Assembly: GCA_013265495.1 (NCBI GenBank)
Contig: MU058636.1
Coordinates: 9,446,510-9,500,069, forward strand
Origin: Vicugna vicugna
Taxonomy: Eukaryota
Direction: 5' to 3'
Length of the DNA stretch: 53,560 nucleotides
Numbering within the stretch: position 1 is the first letter of the stretch; each line of letters begins with the position of its first letter. A program made the translations under genes and the position numbers. The notes under the pieces are model-generated. The model was not told the DNA's origin. It did no database searches and saw only the letters and a program-made list of their open reading frames with translations. Below are positions 36,367 to 49,705 of the stretch, piece by piece.

Positions 36367-39064
36367 ATTTTAACAAAGAAAACTCTCTTCCAGTTCCATT
36401 TATTTACTTATTCTTCTTTCTTCCTTCCCTTCCCTTTTTTCCTCCCTTCTCTTGTGGCTTTTTCTCCCCCCCCACCCCGTCCCTTCTTTTGCTCCCTTCC
36501 AACAGATACTGAGAGCATATGCTACCCTGAGCACTGTGCCAACTGCCGTGGACACAAACCCACAAGGGGCTCCGTTCTACTCGGGGTCTGGACGGGCGTG
36601 GAGACATTTAATGGATCGGTCATTTTCAGTGTTTTAACATTAAGGAGAAGCAACGATTGACCTTTCCATCCTCCAATATTAATCTTTTTAGGAATAAAAG
36701 CAAGACTTTCTTTCCAATGAGAATTTAAGCCTTTCTTGGCTATGGCATTTTTCCAGTTATGCATAATTCTTCATCTCCCCATTTCCGAAATGTCATGTCT
36801 CCACAATTCAGTTCGGAATTTAAAAACTCAGCCTGACAAGACAGCCTGAGGGTCCTTCAGTGTTGAGCTCGCAGAGATCATACGAATTTAAGGATAATCA
36901 TTTGTGGCAACAACAAAAGCTCTGACAACCCAAAACATAAATACTTCTAGAAAAATGGGCTTCATTTTAGCAAAGAATTTGATGTGCGAGGAATCGTTCA
37001 AGGTAGGTTTGAAAATACGCCACCAGGTGTTGGCATATCAGCATACCTTTCAACTCTTTCAGATTCCCACAATTATCAGAAAAAAATGTGGTATAGGAGG
37101 ATCTTTTTTTAAAAGACAATATACCTTTATGTATCTTAATCCCTCCTCTTAACTTATTTTATGCTATGCAGTGAAGCCCTTGAGCACATGTTGAAATTTC
37201 TCTTTTCATGCTATGCCTTATTGATTTCTGCAAATGAGGAGGTGTTTCAACCAACACATCACTTGGGATGCTTGGCAGTCTACGTGATACAACCCTAGAA
37301 AACATGGCTGACTCAAGACAGAGCAAAGCTTACAGCTACCTTCACACAAGTCAAGGCTCAAGACTCCGATGGCTGATTAACTAAAGGAAGCGTATGAAAA
37401 GGTCTCTGATCGAATCAACAGGCAACTCCCACCCTTTCCTTGAGGAGAAAGATCACATCCCTAATTGCCTCAGAATTTCTCTCTCTCTCGTTTCTCCTAG
37501 TGCTTTCCACTGATTGCTCAAAAGGAGAAACGTGAACAAGAACCCTGGTGCAAATATTCAAAGCAGAGGCTTGCGAGACATCTTGCGTGTTGACCTCAAC
37601 TTGCAGAAGAGAAGACCACACGAACAGCAGCTGGCCCAAGAGTCACGGCGTCTTCCAGCAATTGTAAATGATGATTTCTCAAAGAGCAGCAGCTGACTCT
37701 TTTAAGTTCTTTGGTACAGAACCCAGGACAACATTTGTGGGCACTTCATAAACAGTACTTGATGGCAAAACAAGTGCAAACAGTGTTGGTTATTTTGAGA
37801 GCCGTGTTTTTAAGCGATTTAAACTCTTAACAGATGCTCTTCGTAGGAGTTAGCTTCCTCGGAGTAGACATTCAGTTTGCTCTTTGGAAATATTAACAGG
37901 GAGAAAAGATTCTCTTTGTGGTCCTGCCAATGCTTTAAAACCAAATGTCCTCATCTGTCCGTGTTTACGGCTACATGTGTGAGGGCAAGTCGGGGGGAGC
38001 AGAACTCCGCAGTCAGCAGCCCACTGGGAGAACTTGAGCATCATCACAAGTCACTTCCCTCGGGCAGCTGAATCCGTAAGGTTTGGATTCAGAGATGCTA
38101 AGGCCAGTCTATGCCCAGAAGGAAACAAAACTTTGACCCTTAGCTAGTCATACCTGAGGAAAGAACCTGAGAAGAGGTGGAGGTGGAGGAACAGTTGCAA
38201 AAGCCAAGATAAAAATCTGCCAGAAAACTTGCTGCTGAAGGACATGTATTTAAAAATCCCAAACCAGCAGACAGTGGTACACCCAGCTGGAATTTCTTCT
38301 TCCCTTAGCAAAAGCTTCCTATGAGCATTTGTCATGCCGTCAGCTATGACCGGTTTTTCAAGCCCTGAGTATTTTTAAAAGACTTAGTTAGAAAACTCTC
38401 ACCACAACAGAAGAACAGACTAGGATTTGTAGGGCAAAAAAAATCCCAGTGGTTGAGTCTGTCATCTGGGGACTGTGCGAAGTCAGCAGAGTCCCCCAGC
38501 TCAGGTCGGTGATGGGCAGAGGTGGGGCTGACGCTCTGGGTTTCCCTTCAGGGGCTCTGGGAACTCGGGGCCAGCCTTCTCCCTCAGGACGATGCCTCCT
38601 CTCCTCTGCGGATGGAGGAGACACTCTGCGGCTGATCTTTCTCCCTCATTATCTCCCTCTTCAGAAACCATGGGGATGACAGTGCACTAACACCGCCTTT
38701 AGAGGAAACAGAAGAGAGGACTCAACGCTCAGAAATGCTCTCGCAAGGACTCATTTACTATCAAAATGTCACTGCGAAACGGGGCACCCTGGGTAGAGCT
38801 TCTTTTGAACTCTGGAAAACCCCTTTGCTTTGGTTGCCTTTGTGTTTGTTTGTTGTGCGTTTTCCTAATACATGTCCCATTGTGTCTCATACGCTGCATC
38901 TTTGGGATAGTTTAGTGAACTGAAAATATCCGCCTTTTGTTCTCACTCATGAAATTGTCAATATATTTAAAGCCATTCCCTTCTATAAGTATTTCCAAAT
39001 TCTACCATCCTATCCAAATCAAGTTGCACATTATTCAAGGGCTTTTAGACAAAGGGAATAAACT

Positions 39065-39250
39065 TATATTGAGTAACAAATAAAAGCCACACCCTGGGCC
39101 ACATACTTTTCATTTCTGTCTCACTCTATGAAGTGGGGAGTGGGTATTGCTGTCACCATTTTACAGGTGAGTAAACAAATTCAGGTAAGTCTCACGAGTG
39201 GCAAGTGACAGAGGCAAGAATCAAATCTGAGTCTGTGTGATTCCAGGTTC
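39065..39250 (-). mobile_element. MIR SINE
   Basis: ggtattgctgtcaccattttacaggtgagtaaac..gcaagtgacagaggcaagaatcaaatctgagtctgtgtgattcc. Confidence 0.75.
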
Positions 39251-41409
39251 TGGCGGTGTCCTTTCCTCTGCTTCTTTTGACCTGCAAAAAGCCTCAGGAA
39301 TTCAAGTTTTATGAGGACAAGGTGAGAGTCACCTCTGAAAGGTCTGGAATCATCCTTCAGGTTAGGGCTAGGGTGTTCTCGTGGTTATTTATCCTCAAGG
39401 AAAAGTTAAACCAAACCAGGCTGCCGTAACGTGACTAATGCTCTCTGGGTCTCCAAGAAGGGCCCATGAACATGCTCAGGAAGGGAAAGTAGCTCCCAAG
39501 GGAACTTTACATCCTCCACAAATGCACTGGTCCTCTACCCCACCCACACAGCCACCTACATCTACGGCAGTGACAGGAAATGGGTGTCATCACCATTGCC
39601 ATCTCAGATGGAGAAATGCTACTCAAAGTGATGGGCTGAAAAGATTCCGGGCCATGACAAGAGTACAGAATCAGTGAGCCAGGCCTCACTGCCCTCCCTC
39701 CATTTACACTTCTGGTATCAGTCTGGCCGAATGATTTCAGCCTTTTAACTTCAATTCCCCTCCCATCATCTCTACAACTTCTCCCCAACCACAAAACGAC
39801 TTTGTTCATTGGTATCTTACATGTTGTCAAAACTGAGGGGCTAGATCCAAGATCTATAGTGTCTCCTACTGTGTCTACACCACTGGCATTGATGTAATTA
39901 GTGAAAACTGAGCAGAAATAGTCTTGGTAGGTTACTTATATTGATTATAAAACTATTGAACATAATAAAAAGTATCCAATATAACATAATCTCATTGACT
40001 CGAACGTTCCTAATAACACATACTTTGCATCCAAATATTAATTTGGGGTAGGGGTAAAAGTCAGAGCATTTTAATCTCTAGGTAGGTGCCTATGACCCTC
40101 CATGAGTTGCCAGGTAGGTGTAGAGACTCAACAGTTGCGCAGCAAAGGTCTGATGATTTCAGCCACAGACTTTCAATCAAGCAAATTAGGAGAGAAGAGG
40201 GCAGGGAGGTGTGGAACCTCATTGTTCTTATTCTTTGAAGTAAGGAACTCCCTTGCAGTAATTGCTTTCCTGGGGGGTTCTGCTATACCACACCCATAGC
40301 CATGTGCAAATTAACAAATCCTGGTTCCTGGATCCCAGATATGATACGCGTACATTGCAAGTAGTCTGCTACTGCCGCCCATGTGGCTATAGGTTTTCTA
40401 AATATGCAACTTGAGCATCCTTAATATGAGGATGCTGACTGGGCATCAAGGCCCTCCCTGTGATGAGGGTGCCCTTGTGTGTTATAGTGGACAAAGCTAC
40501 CTCCAGAATTGCAACCTGGAGTCATAATTCACATCATCACAAACTCTACACAAGTAAAATATGCCAGGCACTAAGGGAATTGTGAACAAGGCAGATGTTC
40601 AAAAAAGATGAGTTTTCAAGTAGGTCAGTGATTTACATCTCTTTCTTATAAGCTCAGTGATGAAGTAGTTCATGAATTAGGAGTCAAAGGAGTGATGCAT
40701 TAAAAAATATCTCCAGTGCAGCACAGAAATACCAGTGAGACCAGGTGAATAGTATCAAACTAGAAGTGATATTTTGGGGCCAATTAAATCTTTCCAATAT
40801 TACTTTTTATACAAATCAGTGAATTGATGGACTGATGCTAGCAAACACACACTCTATAAAAGAGCAAAGGATAGGCATGATTTCACGTTTGACCCAGACC
40901 AATAAGGTGAAAATAGCTAACTTAACAGAGGTGGAAGTCAAATGAAGCTGAAGATAAATTCATAACCCTAACAGTTGCTTAAAGGCTATTCATACTGAAT
41001 TTTGGATGAACTGTAGTCATTGACTCCATGTGACAGAATGGATGTAAAAAAAAAAAAGTTTAATACCAACTGCTACAAAAAAATGTAAAGAAGCCCAAAT
41101 CTATAATTCTTTAATTCTACTCAGTAAAATGGATTAAATAAAGGTGTGGCTAAATATGATTTCATTTCTGTAACATTTGAAAGACTGAATGCAAATGAAT
41201 TCAAACATCAGAAAAGAAAATAATCTTTCGTCAGATCTAATGTCTTCATTTGGGTTTTAAATATTCGGTCACTACAGAAGTAAAGTATGTGACCTACTTC
41301 CAGAGGACTGGAAATGGTGAGCTTGCTTCTCCCCTTAATCAATCACATACAACGGGAGAAAACATGCCATAACCACTATTCAAACTAATTATTCTGGCAT
41401 GAGACTCAC

Positions 41410-41486
41410 GTACTGAAGCAGTCCTTCAGGTAATTCAGCGTGTACTGCATCTGCGAAGACTGTCTTCTAACAGCAGCACGTATGAG
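41410..41486 (-). other. Candidate 77-nt internal exon (5'UTR-like)
   Basis: Minus strand: ctctttgttcttcttcag|CTCATACG...CTTCAGTAC|gtgagtc; CpG-retaining, repeat-free context. Confidence 0.6.
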
Positions 41487-41592
41487 CTGAAGAAGAACAA
41501 AGAGCCAGCAGTCGGCAGGGATCGCTGCCGTCAAACAACATAAATCAGGGACCACGATTGATTAACTAATTTAAGAAGTAAGGACAGATCTG

Positions 41593-41606
41593 GTTGCTAT
41601 AGCAAT
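41593..41606. promoter_or_regulatory. Palindromic RFX X-box-like motif
   Basis: GTTGCTATAGCAAT, with a 12-bp perfect palindromic core. Confidence 0.4.
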
Positions 41607-44184
41607 AAAGGAAGGGTTGTCGAAGATCTGATCAGCTGAGAGCTTCCTTATTGGGATTTCATAGAAATCAGGAACCACAAAGAGAAAACGCCCACCAGGC
41701 TGCAGACTACAGCCATAAAATAACACGTCACAATCACTCCCCTCCTGAAGCATTTAAATGGCTTCCCCGATACTAATTTTAAGGGGGACCTGAGACAGCT
41801 AGTGGCAGCTCAATCTCTCATTAACAACACGTCCAGTGAGGGGGTGCCTGGACAGTCCATGAGCGAGAGCTCAAAAATTCGAGGGTCTTCCTGTCTCTGT
41901 GATCTTTAAGAACTCACTCTCCTAATTTGGGAAATACTTTCCCAATGTACTCAAGGGCTTCAAATGGCCATTACCCGATTCTTGCAATTTTAGGTTAAAG
42001 GAAACAAAACTTCCACCATCCTCAGATCATATCACCCGTTCCGTTACCCGCTGTTCTGCACCCAGTTCCTGAAGGACGGGTCGGCAGCTGCGTACATCAT
42101 GTCAGTAGAAAACACAAACTGGGGAATTACTTCATAATCCCTGTCTGAAGCTATCTGAAGTGTTCATCTGGAGGAAATAAGAGAAGAATCAAATCTACCC
42201 TACATGGTTTCCAGGGGCAGAATCTCAGGGTGGCCTCAGAAGGCAGAGGCAGCATGTTATAAGGAAGCTGGTTTGACTCCACGTGAAGAAGAAAGCACCC
42301 ACCTGCATGGAGAGAGTTTCTTTCACTGAAAAATTGTCCATCAGAGGCCAGTAATGACCTATTGAGATGTGTGTTTGGAAGACGGTCTCCCATTGCTCAG
42401 AAAATTTGGCTGGCTGAGCACAGTGGTGGCTTCCTCTAAAGTCCTGTGACTATGATGGGAAGTGTGGTACCGTGGACAGAATGCCCTTCCCTGGAGCACA
42501 GCCCCCCGTGTTCTTTGAAAAAGTGTCTCCCTCTTAAATAGCAGCCTTTCGAGCAAAGTGGGGCTCTCTGTGGAGACAGGCCACTCCCCCCGCCCTCCAG
42601 CTCTGTACCTTGCAAATTTATTGATTAATCACATTAACAGACCTGTGTATTTCTGAGATTCCTGTATCACTTTTCTCCTGCCTTTCTGAAAATTCTCTAC
42701 TTCTTAATTCATTCCTATTACTTATCTTTTCATTTTTCTATCATAGACAAAGCACGTGAAACAGTTCCCTTTACAGCTGCTGTAGAGTAATCATGCATTT
42801 CTGCCTGGCCTTAATCCCCTGATTCCAAACACCAAGCTGGTGAGGGCAGCAGGGACGGGTGCTTGGTTCCTATTATCCGACAGACCATCTACTATCAAGT
42901 GGTTCCTGAAAATAAAAAATGCTGGCTGGCTCCTTGAACTGGGCCAAGCTTCATGAAATACCTTGACATTTCTGTCACCAGCATAATGCTTCCATGATGT
43001 ATGTCTTCATCCAAGGCCATGTCCTAAATAGAATGTCATAATTTGCACTTTGAGGTTCACCATGATTATTCATGGTTGCCAGGAAATTATCCAAATACAG
43101 CTTCCTGATCAAAAATACCCAACATTACCCTTTTACATCCTCATTACCTACTACGTAGGATTTCTTTACGCGTGGGAAAAACTGTCAGAGGAAGCCCGGT
43201 CTTAGATTCTTTTTTTCTTCCATCAAAAACTCAATCCCAATTTCATAAGCGAATTCATGTTACGATTAGTGCCCTCTTTTCACCATTTATACAGTTGGGA
43301 GGTGCCAAGATGTAAGACGAAGAAACCTGTGACAGGTTCAAAATTCAACATTCTTCTCAAGTCAACACCTAAGCGTTGCTAGGAATGTTTTTACTGAGTT
43401 TGTCTGCCTCTGGCTAGCATCACCTTGTAAAGCCTAGAGCAGCAGGAGCCATTCCAGGAAAAAATCATATTGAGAAAGGTTTAACACTCGGGTACCAGTC
43501 ATGGCAGCAGACACTTGTCAACTCTCTGGCCAGGAGAGCGGCGTCCAGAGCACTTCAGGTCTCTGTCTTTTGTCTCCAGGCCTCCCGACAGCTTCCTTCC
43601 CTCCCTTCCCTCCCCTCCCCACTGCTCTCTCACTCCCACCTCCTACAACGCACAATGCACAAGGCATGCACTCCGTGCTACCAGCAGCCAGGAAGTAACT
43701 TCATGTCCAAAATACTACTGAGATTCAGATTCTCCTGGTCCCTCAGCGCATCGCGGTCCTGGCCCGCTTCTCCATCATATGCAAACCGCCAGCCACCACT
43801 CTCTCCCCCTCTTTATCACACAGCTCATGGCCCTCCGGCTCTTTCCTCCTTCCATGCAGCCGATGTCTTTCTTCACTGTGCTTCACTCACACAAAATGTG
43901 GGACATCTGAGGTTCTGAGGATGCTTGTCTACACTCGGGAACAACCCCCAAACACCCACTATGATGACTCTGCTTCCTTCTGACCTTGAGAGCAAGCAAA
44001 TGGGTAAGTGCTCAGGATGGAAAATAAATTAGGAAAAAGTTGTCCAAGGAATATAATAAGTCATGTCTTGGCGAGACCAAATAGACTAATGGAGTGAACT
44101 CGTACCAGACATTTGTGGTTTCTGATGGACCAAGGGGGCTCCATCTACCTCCTCACCAAAGTGAAACAGAAGCAAAGCAGAAGG

Positions 44185-44470
44185 AAAATCACTTCACAGA
44201 GCATCTGCTGAATACCTCAGCGTGCTGGGCACTAGGGGGACCAAAGACACCACACACAACGCTGCTTTCCGCGAGGCTCTCACCACCAGCTGTCGTCCCG
44301 GACACAGACACGCACAATCACACTGTGACGGCATCGTTACTACGGAAGAAACACACGCGAAGTGCTAGGTGGATAGAAAATGACAGCGATTAATTACACC
44401 TCGAGGAAGAGTCACAAGAATATTAGGAAAGTCCTGTAAGGGGAGTATTTATCTCCTGGACTTAAAGTGA
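44185..44470 (-). mobile_element. L2 fragment
   Basis: ttcacagagcatctgctgaatacctcagcgtgctgggcactagggg..caaagac..gctctcac. Confidence 0.6.
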
Positions 44471-45349
44471 AGTGACATTTGGGGTTGAATAACCCAGCTA
44501 ATCATTTCATCTCTCTACTCACTTTTAAAATATCTGTAATCTAAGTCAAAATAGGCTAGCTAAAATGAAAAATTCCTTTGGTAAAATTTGACTACACTGA
44601 ATGGGCAAGATGACCCCTTCTTCACTATCTCTCATGTCAAATATAATATTTTGTGCTGGGCATATTCGAAGAAGTGCAAAGGAAAGCCATCTAATATGTT
44701 TAATTTGTTAAGAAAGCTCTTGTCAAATTTGGAGACTAATGAGTTTCAATTTAATTTAATATTTTGCAATTTATTCTGTTGATATTCTATTTTTTTTTCA
44801 CACTGTCAACTTTGTAATTACCATTGTGTGTCAGTTTTTTTTAATATGATAATTAAACATTGGCTGCTAGGAACTAAACTGAAAAGGAAACTTCTTTTAA
44901 TTACAAAAACAGACTTCAAAGAAAATCCCAGTAAATCAAAATGAAAATTTCCTTTCTTTTAGGATTTAACAGATTGCATTCCGGCTACACATGTGTATTT
45001 CTAACTTCCTAAGCAGAGGAATGAGCATGCCCATAAATGCATGTCCCACAATATATGAATGCAAGATTTTAAAATAAATAGTTAATAATATAGACAGATC
45101 TGGTAAATGACATAAAAATTTTTGATACTTGAGTCAACAACTTTCTAAACATGAAAGTTAATTTTTAAAGGCACCTGAGTGAAAAAAAATACTGGTTTCA
45201 AAACAAGTGTAATAATTATTCAGGTTTTAGATAGTGCTTTTCAATTTATACAATGTCATTACATAATCATACTACACATTTCAATTAGGGGTCCACGACA
45301 GGAATCTGATCACCATTCTAGATGTTCCCTTCTCCCCCATCTCTGCTTG

Positions 45350-45610
45350 AGACCTTCAAACATTTGCTCAATAAATACTCTGCACATCTACAATCAGCAA
45401 AGCTCTGTTCTAGGCACCATGATCTGTGAGTGAAATAAGCGAGTCCTTCTGAAAGGACTCAGAGACCAGCCGTGAGACACCAAGAAAATCAGCAGCTGTA
45501 ATGCAGGTTTGGCAGAAGGAGACGCTGGATGCGGGGAGGACGTCCAATCAGAGTGAGGAAGAAAGTCCTCTGGAGGAAATGATGCTCGTGCTGAATTTTG
45601 AAAGACTGAG
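45350..45610 (-). mobile_element. L2 fragment
   Basis: ttgctcaataaatactctgcacatcta..gctctgttctaggcac..gaaataag..ggaggaaatgatgctcgtgctgaattttgaaagact. Confidence 0.65.
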
Positions 45611-46194
45611 GAATGAGGAAGCATTGGCCAGAGGACGAGGGAAGACTATTTCACACAAAAGAGGCAGGAATTTCTATAGTTTCCTCCTTGAAAATATCAC
45701 TGAAATCTTTTCCCTCCTCTCCATCCTCACTGCCACTGCTTTGTCTCAAACCCTCAGCACTTTCTCCTGAAAGACGTTCATACACGAACTTCCTAGAGGT
45801 TTTAAGTTCCAGGATAAGTTGGGCAGAAAGGAGAGGGCTGTCACTTGACCAAGGCAGACGGAAACGATGCTACTTATACATGTATTATACCACGTGTGTT
45901 ACATCTATTATTAGGAGCTAAGATGGCCCACCTTACAGAGAAATTAACCAAGGCACTATAATTCATTTTTAAGGCATGAGAAGTTTTTATTGTAGCACAA
46001 AACTTTGAACTTATATAAACTTGATTATCATTCCCATCCACTGTTATCCTAGAAAAATACAATTTTTTTTCAATAAAATGGGATTACTGTAAATTTTTTT
46101 TTTCAGCAACTCATCATCAAATGATCCTTATCCTTATGGTGTGGATGAGATACCGGGAAGGCATTTATTCTTTCCCATTGGGCATCCTAGGAAG

Positions 46195-46315
46195 GGAATA
46201 AATACTCCACACAAATGAGGTGGTGGCTCCCAAACCACACAGCAAACTGGTGACAGCGCTGAGACTGAAACTTGAATCCCAGGTCTTCTGGTTCTCAATC
46301 CATTTTCCTTTGACC
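46195..46315 (-). mobile_element. MIR fragment
   Basis: cccaaaccacacagcaaactggtgacagcgctgagact..aatcccaggtcttctggttctcaatcc. Confidence 0.6.
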
Positions 46316-46999
46316 TCTTCCTGCTCGCCCGGTACTTCTAGTAGTTTATAAACATGCCTTCTCCCTGTGGCTGAGAGCAAATCCTTTCTCAAATATATGC
46401 TACTCAGTCGTTTGCACAAGAGAAAAGAATCAGATAACAACGGCTAAAATCACTGGTTAGTTTAATCCAATTTAAAACACTGTCCCTTCCTTCGTTATTA
46501 GCATCCTTCCAGCTTGCAACTCTGTTCCCTTTCTTAAAGGCTCTTCCTCCCACCACTGTGTGCAAGGCAGACTGCGAGGTGCCCACCATGCAGAAACATC
46601 TCCTTCCTTCTCATTCTCCTGGTGTCTTCACTGGCACAGGACTTCTGCTTTAAGGTCTGATAAACACCACATGCCTTCCACTTGTTTTAGTTACTTCCTG
46701 GGGAATACGCCAAGACTTGGCAGTGAGGGCAGAAACTTTTTTTTCCTCTTAATGAACTTGAAAGGTTTCTTCTCTTCTTTATTAACAGTGGTCCTTGGGG
46801 CTGGTACAGCTCTTTCTGCAACTGCAGCTGAAATCCCTTGAAGGTATTGGCACTCTAGTGATAACTTCTCATTACGTGAGTCATAATTACAGAATGAAGG
46901 GGACAGCTGAAGGCGGACAGTGGGCGTGGGAGTGGGGAACAGAGGTTTGCGTGGAGCTCTCCTCTTAAATGTGAGTTCTCAGATTGGCCCTGGTCCTCC

Positions 47000-47521
47000 T
47001 GTAATAGGGAAGAACAAACCTGACTTCATATTAGATCTGTTCCTTTAGCTCCAACCCTGTGCTCTGTTTTCTGGGCTTAGCCACACTGCTCCTGCAATTT
47101 TTGTAAAAAAAAAAAAAAAAAGTTGCCTCCAGTCTAAAATATAGAGAATAGCCCATTCTCAAGGCTGTGATCTTTAAGAGTGTAACATTTTTCCATTTAC
47201 AGAGAGATGAAAAGTTGCAGAACAAAGAATAACATTTGTCTTGTTGGAGGTTTACAGGAACATCTTGACCTGACCCACATGGAGAGCTGCAAGAACAAAG
47301 AATTGTGGCACCAAGAAGTTTGCACCAAGCAACCACACCCCCTCCTCTTTTAGTATAAAAGGAGCTTGAATTCTGACTTGGGTAAGATGATGCTCTGGGA
47401 CATTAGTCTCCCATATTCTCAGCCTGCCGGCTTTCTGAATGAAGTCATTATTCCTTCCACCTCGTCTCCCGATTGGCTGGCCTGTCCTGTGGTGAGCGGA
47501 TCGAGTTTGGACTCAGTAACA
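47000..47521 (+). mobile_element. Complete ERV1-class solo LTR (resembles MER41-related LTRs)
   Basis: TGTAA...GTAACA termini; 4-bp TSD ctcc (46996-46999) / ctca (47522-47525); TATAAAA at 47354-47360; AATGAA at the polyA-signal position (47438-47443). Confidence 0.88.
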
Positions 47522-48711
47522 CTCAAAACATCCACACCAGCATGGTCTTGGTGCCGCCTCACCTGTCTCCTTACACAGGAGTGCTTTAAGAACCAAAGGT
47601 CTTCAGGGTAGTGTCCAACTCTTCTAGAATAAGGACGGGAAGACACAAGATCACACACACACAGACTCACACACACACAAACTGAACACAAAATGCATTT
47701 TGTGTTTACCTGTCTAATATGCCGCACTGAGACAGAGATTATAAAACCTATAGGCAACCACTGAGTTCCTTAGAAACTCCAGGGTGTAAGAATGAAAGCT
47801 AATGGCAGTTCAGGTGAAGGATGTAGCATTTCTGTTCCCCCGCCGTGCTGTTCAAACTTAATTTAGTTTCTTTCAATATAAATGGGTCCAAGTTCACTTT
47901 TTCTATTGGGTTAATGGACAAGATTTTACAGAGTGGAGCTCACTGAAGGCTTCGTTCAGGCACATTAATAGTAGGCCCCCTCAATGTCGTCCATAGGGTT
48001 CTTTCCTGGTCACTTTACAGGAACCCGTCACACACCGATTTTCAGTATGAAATAAGCTTTCAGGAAACAGGAGCAGAAAGTAAAATACAAAGCAATTTTT
48101 CTAATTTAGCATTTCTAAGAGCGAAATATTACGTCCAGTTACAGAGTAAATGACATGGACATTGTAGCAAAACTGGAGGCTGTTCACAAGTGCCCTGGGC
48201 TACAGAAAGAGCCCCGAGTGGTTGAAAATGCCAAGAGCAGGCATTTAGACTGAACTGAGAGGGCGGTCCCAAATGGGGACGTATTTACACGAGGATGTGA
48301 ATGTCTTGGCCAGCTGTTCGGCCGATACAAATTCTCACAAATTTATATTTAGATGTACAACTTAGTACCCTGGCAAAAAGCAACTTTAAAGCTCAATAAA
48401 CCATCAATGCTACTTCAGAATCTCCTCTGGATTCTTTTTATATGATCAAAGAGCACATTTAGTCCAATTTCTTCCTTCCTCGGCTCCTCTAGAGAAATGA
48501 AAAGAGAAATGGGATGAAAAAAAAACTTGATGACTGTCTAGTAAATTTCCAATTACACAAAATGTCCTCAATGTTAGGACAGAATTTGGAGAAAGGCTAA
48601 CTATTCAATACATAGTCATTGATTTATTTTTGCAAGATTGGATAGTTTTTCTTCCTGAATAAAATTGCAGTTGCAACATCAGAAGTATTCTGCCACAAAG
48701 TCTCTGCTTAC

Positions 48712-48771
48712 TGGTATTTTATGAGTATGCCTTTTTTATGATCCTGTGTTAAACACTCTGTATCTTGTGGT
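48712..48771 (-). other. Candidate 60-nt internal exon
   Basis: Minus strand: T-rich tract..attgcattttctcag|ACCACAAG...AATACCA|gtaagc. Confidence 0.5.
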
Positions 48772-49341
48772 CTGAGAAAATGCAATAAAAAAAAGTTTAA
48801 GTAACATGACTTTAGAAAGAGAAGGAACAAACTGTCTATTGTAATAATACAGCTTTTCTATTTTACAGGTTTGTCTAAAATAACAATACAAATTATTTTT
48901 CAGTTTCATGGAGAGAATTTCACTTGTCTTTATTTTTCCTTTTTTTTTTTGGTCTGGGTCAGTGTTCCAATTTTTCATGTAAGAAGAAACGTGGCAAGAC
49001 AAATGGGTAACAACTTTTTATTTTTATTTATACTTGGTTTCTATCTCATAATCTAAAATATCAATCTTGAATAAAATATCAATTCTCCCTCATTGGTTTA
49101 AACAGGATCTCTTTTTTAAAAGAAGAAAATAACGTTTCTTCATCTTCTTTGTTACTCTTCTAGAATCAAACTAACATGTGAGTGTGGCTTTAATTTAAAG
49201 GATACTCTTAAGGTTAATTTCATGCCACAGGAAATGAAAATTATGTAGGTGACAGTTCCTGCTGATATCTGTGTCCTGACTATACATTGCCAGTGATTTT
49301 TAAAGTTATTTCGTCTAAAAAATTAACTACTTTTTCCCATG

Positions 49342-49379
49342 AACTGAAATAAGTAACTGAAATAGTAACTGAAATAAGT
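49342..49379 (+). repeat. Three tandem copies of a 12-13-bp unit AACTGAAATA(A)GT
   Basis: aactgaaataagt-aactgaaatagt-aactgaaataagt. Confidence 0.9.
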
Positions 49380-49572
49380 TACTATTCTTATTAATGAATT
49401 ATGGCAAAAACATGTGATTGATATTGTATTTAACCTAATGGAGCATACATCCTGGTTTTTTAGTCTGTATAAGAGCAACTACTTTTATTTAAACGTGTAT
49501 TAATTAAAAATAAAAATCTGAACTATAAAATAAAAAAATAAGTTCTATTTTAAAGTCAGTTAGATGACTGAC

Positions 49573-49705
49573 AGAAAGTAGAACTCAATGGTAGAGCACC
49601 TGCTTAGCATGCACAAGGTCCTGGGTTCAATCCCCAGTACCTCCATTAAAGTAAATAAATAAGTAACCCTAATTACCTCCTGCTCCAAAAATTTTTTTTA
49701 ATTTA
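49573..49705 (+). mobile_element. tRNA-derived camelid-type SINE
   Basis: ctcaatggtagagcacctgcttagcatgcacaaggtcctgggttcaatccccagtacctcca..aaataaataa..cctaattacctcc; A and B boxes visible. Confidence 0.9.

Noticed and set aside
37514..37696. 60-aa plus-strand ORF with protein-like composition
   Set aside because: Non-ATG start, no flanking splice sites, no recognisable family.
39160..39190. Plus-strand splice-like motifs ttttacag|gtgagt and cag|gtaagt
   Set aside because: They lie within a MIR, whose antisense strand commonly yields such motifs. They illustrate the background rate of false splice signals.
49575..49645. tRNA-like sequence with A and B boxes
   Set aside because: It is the head of a tRNA-derived SINE with a degenerate acceptor stem and a SINE tail, not a tRNA gene.
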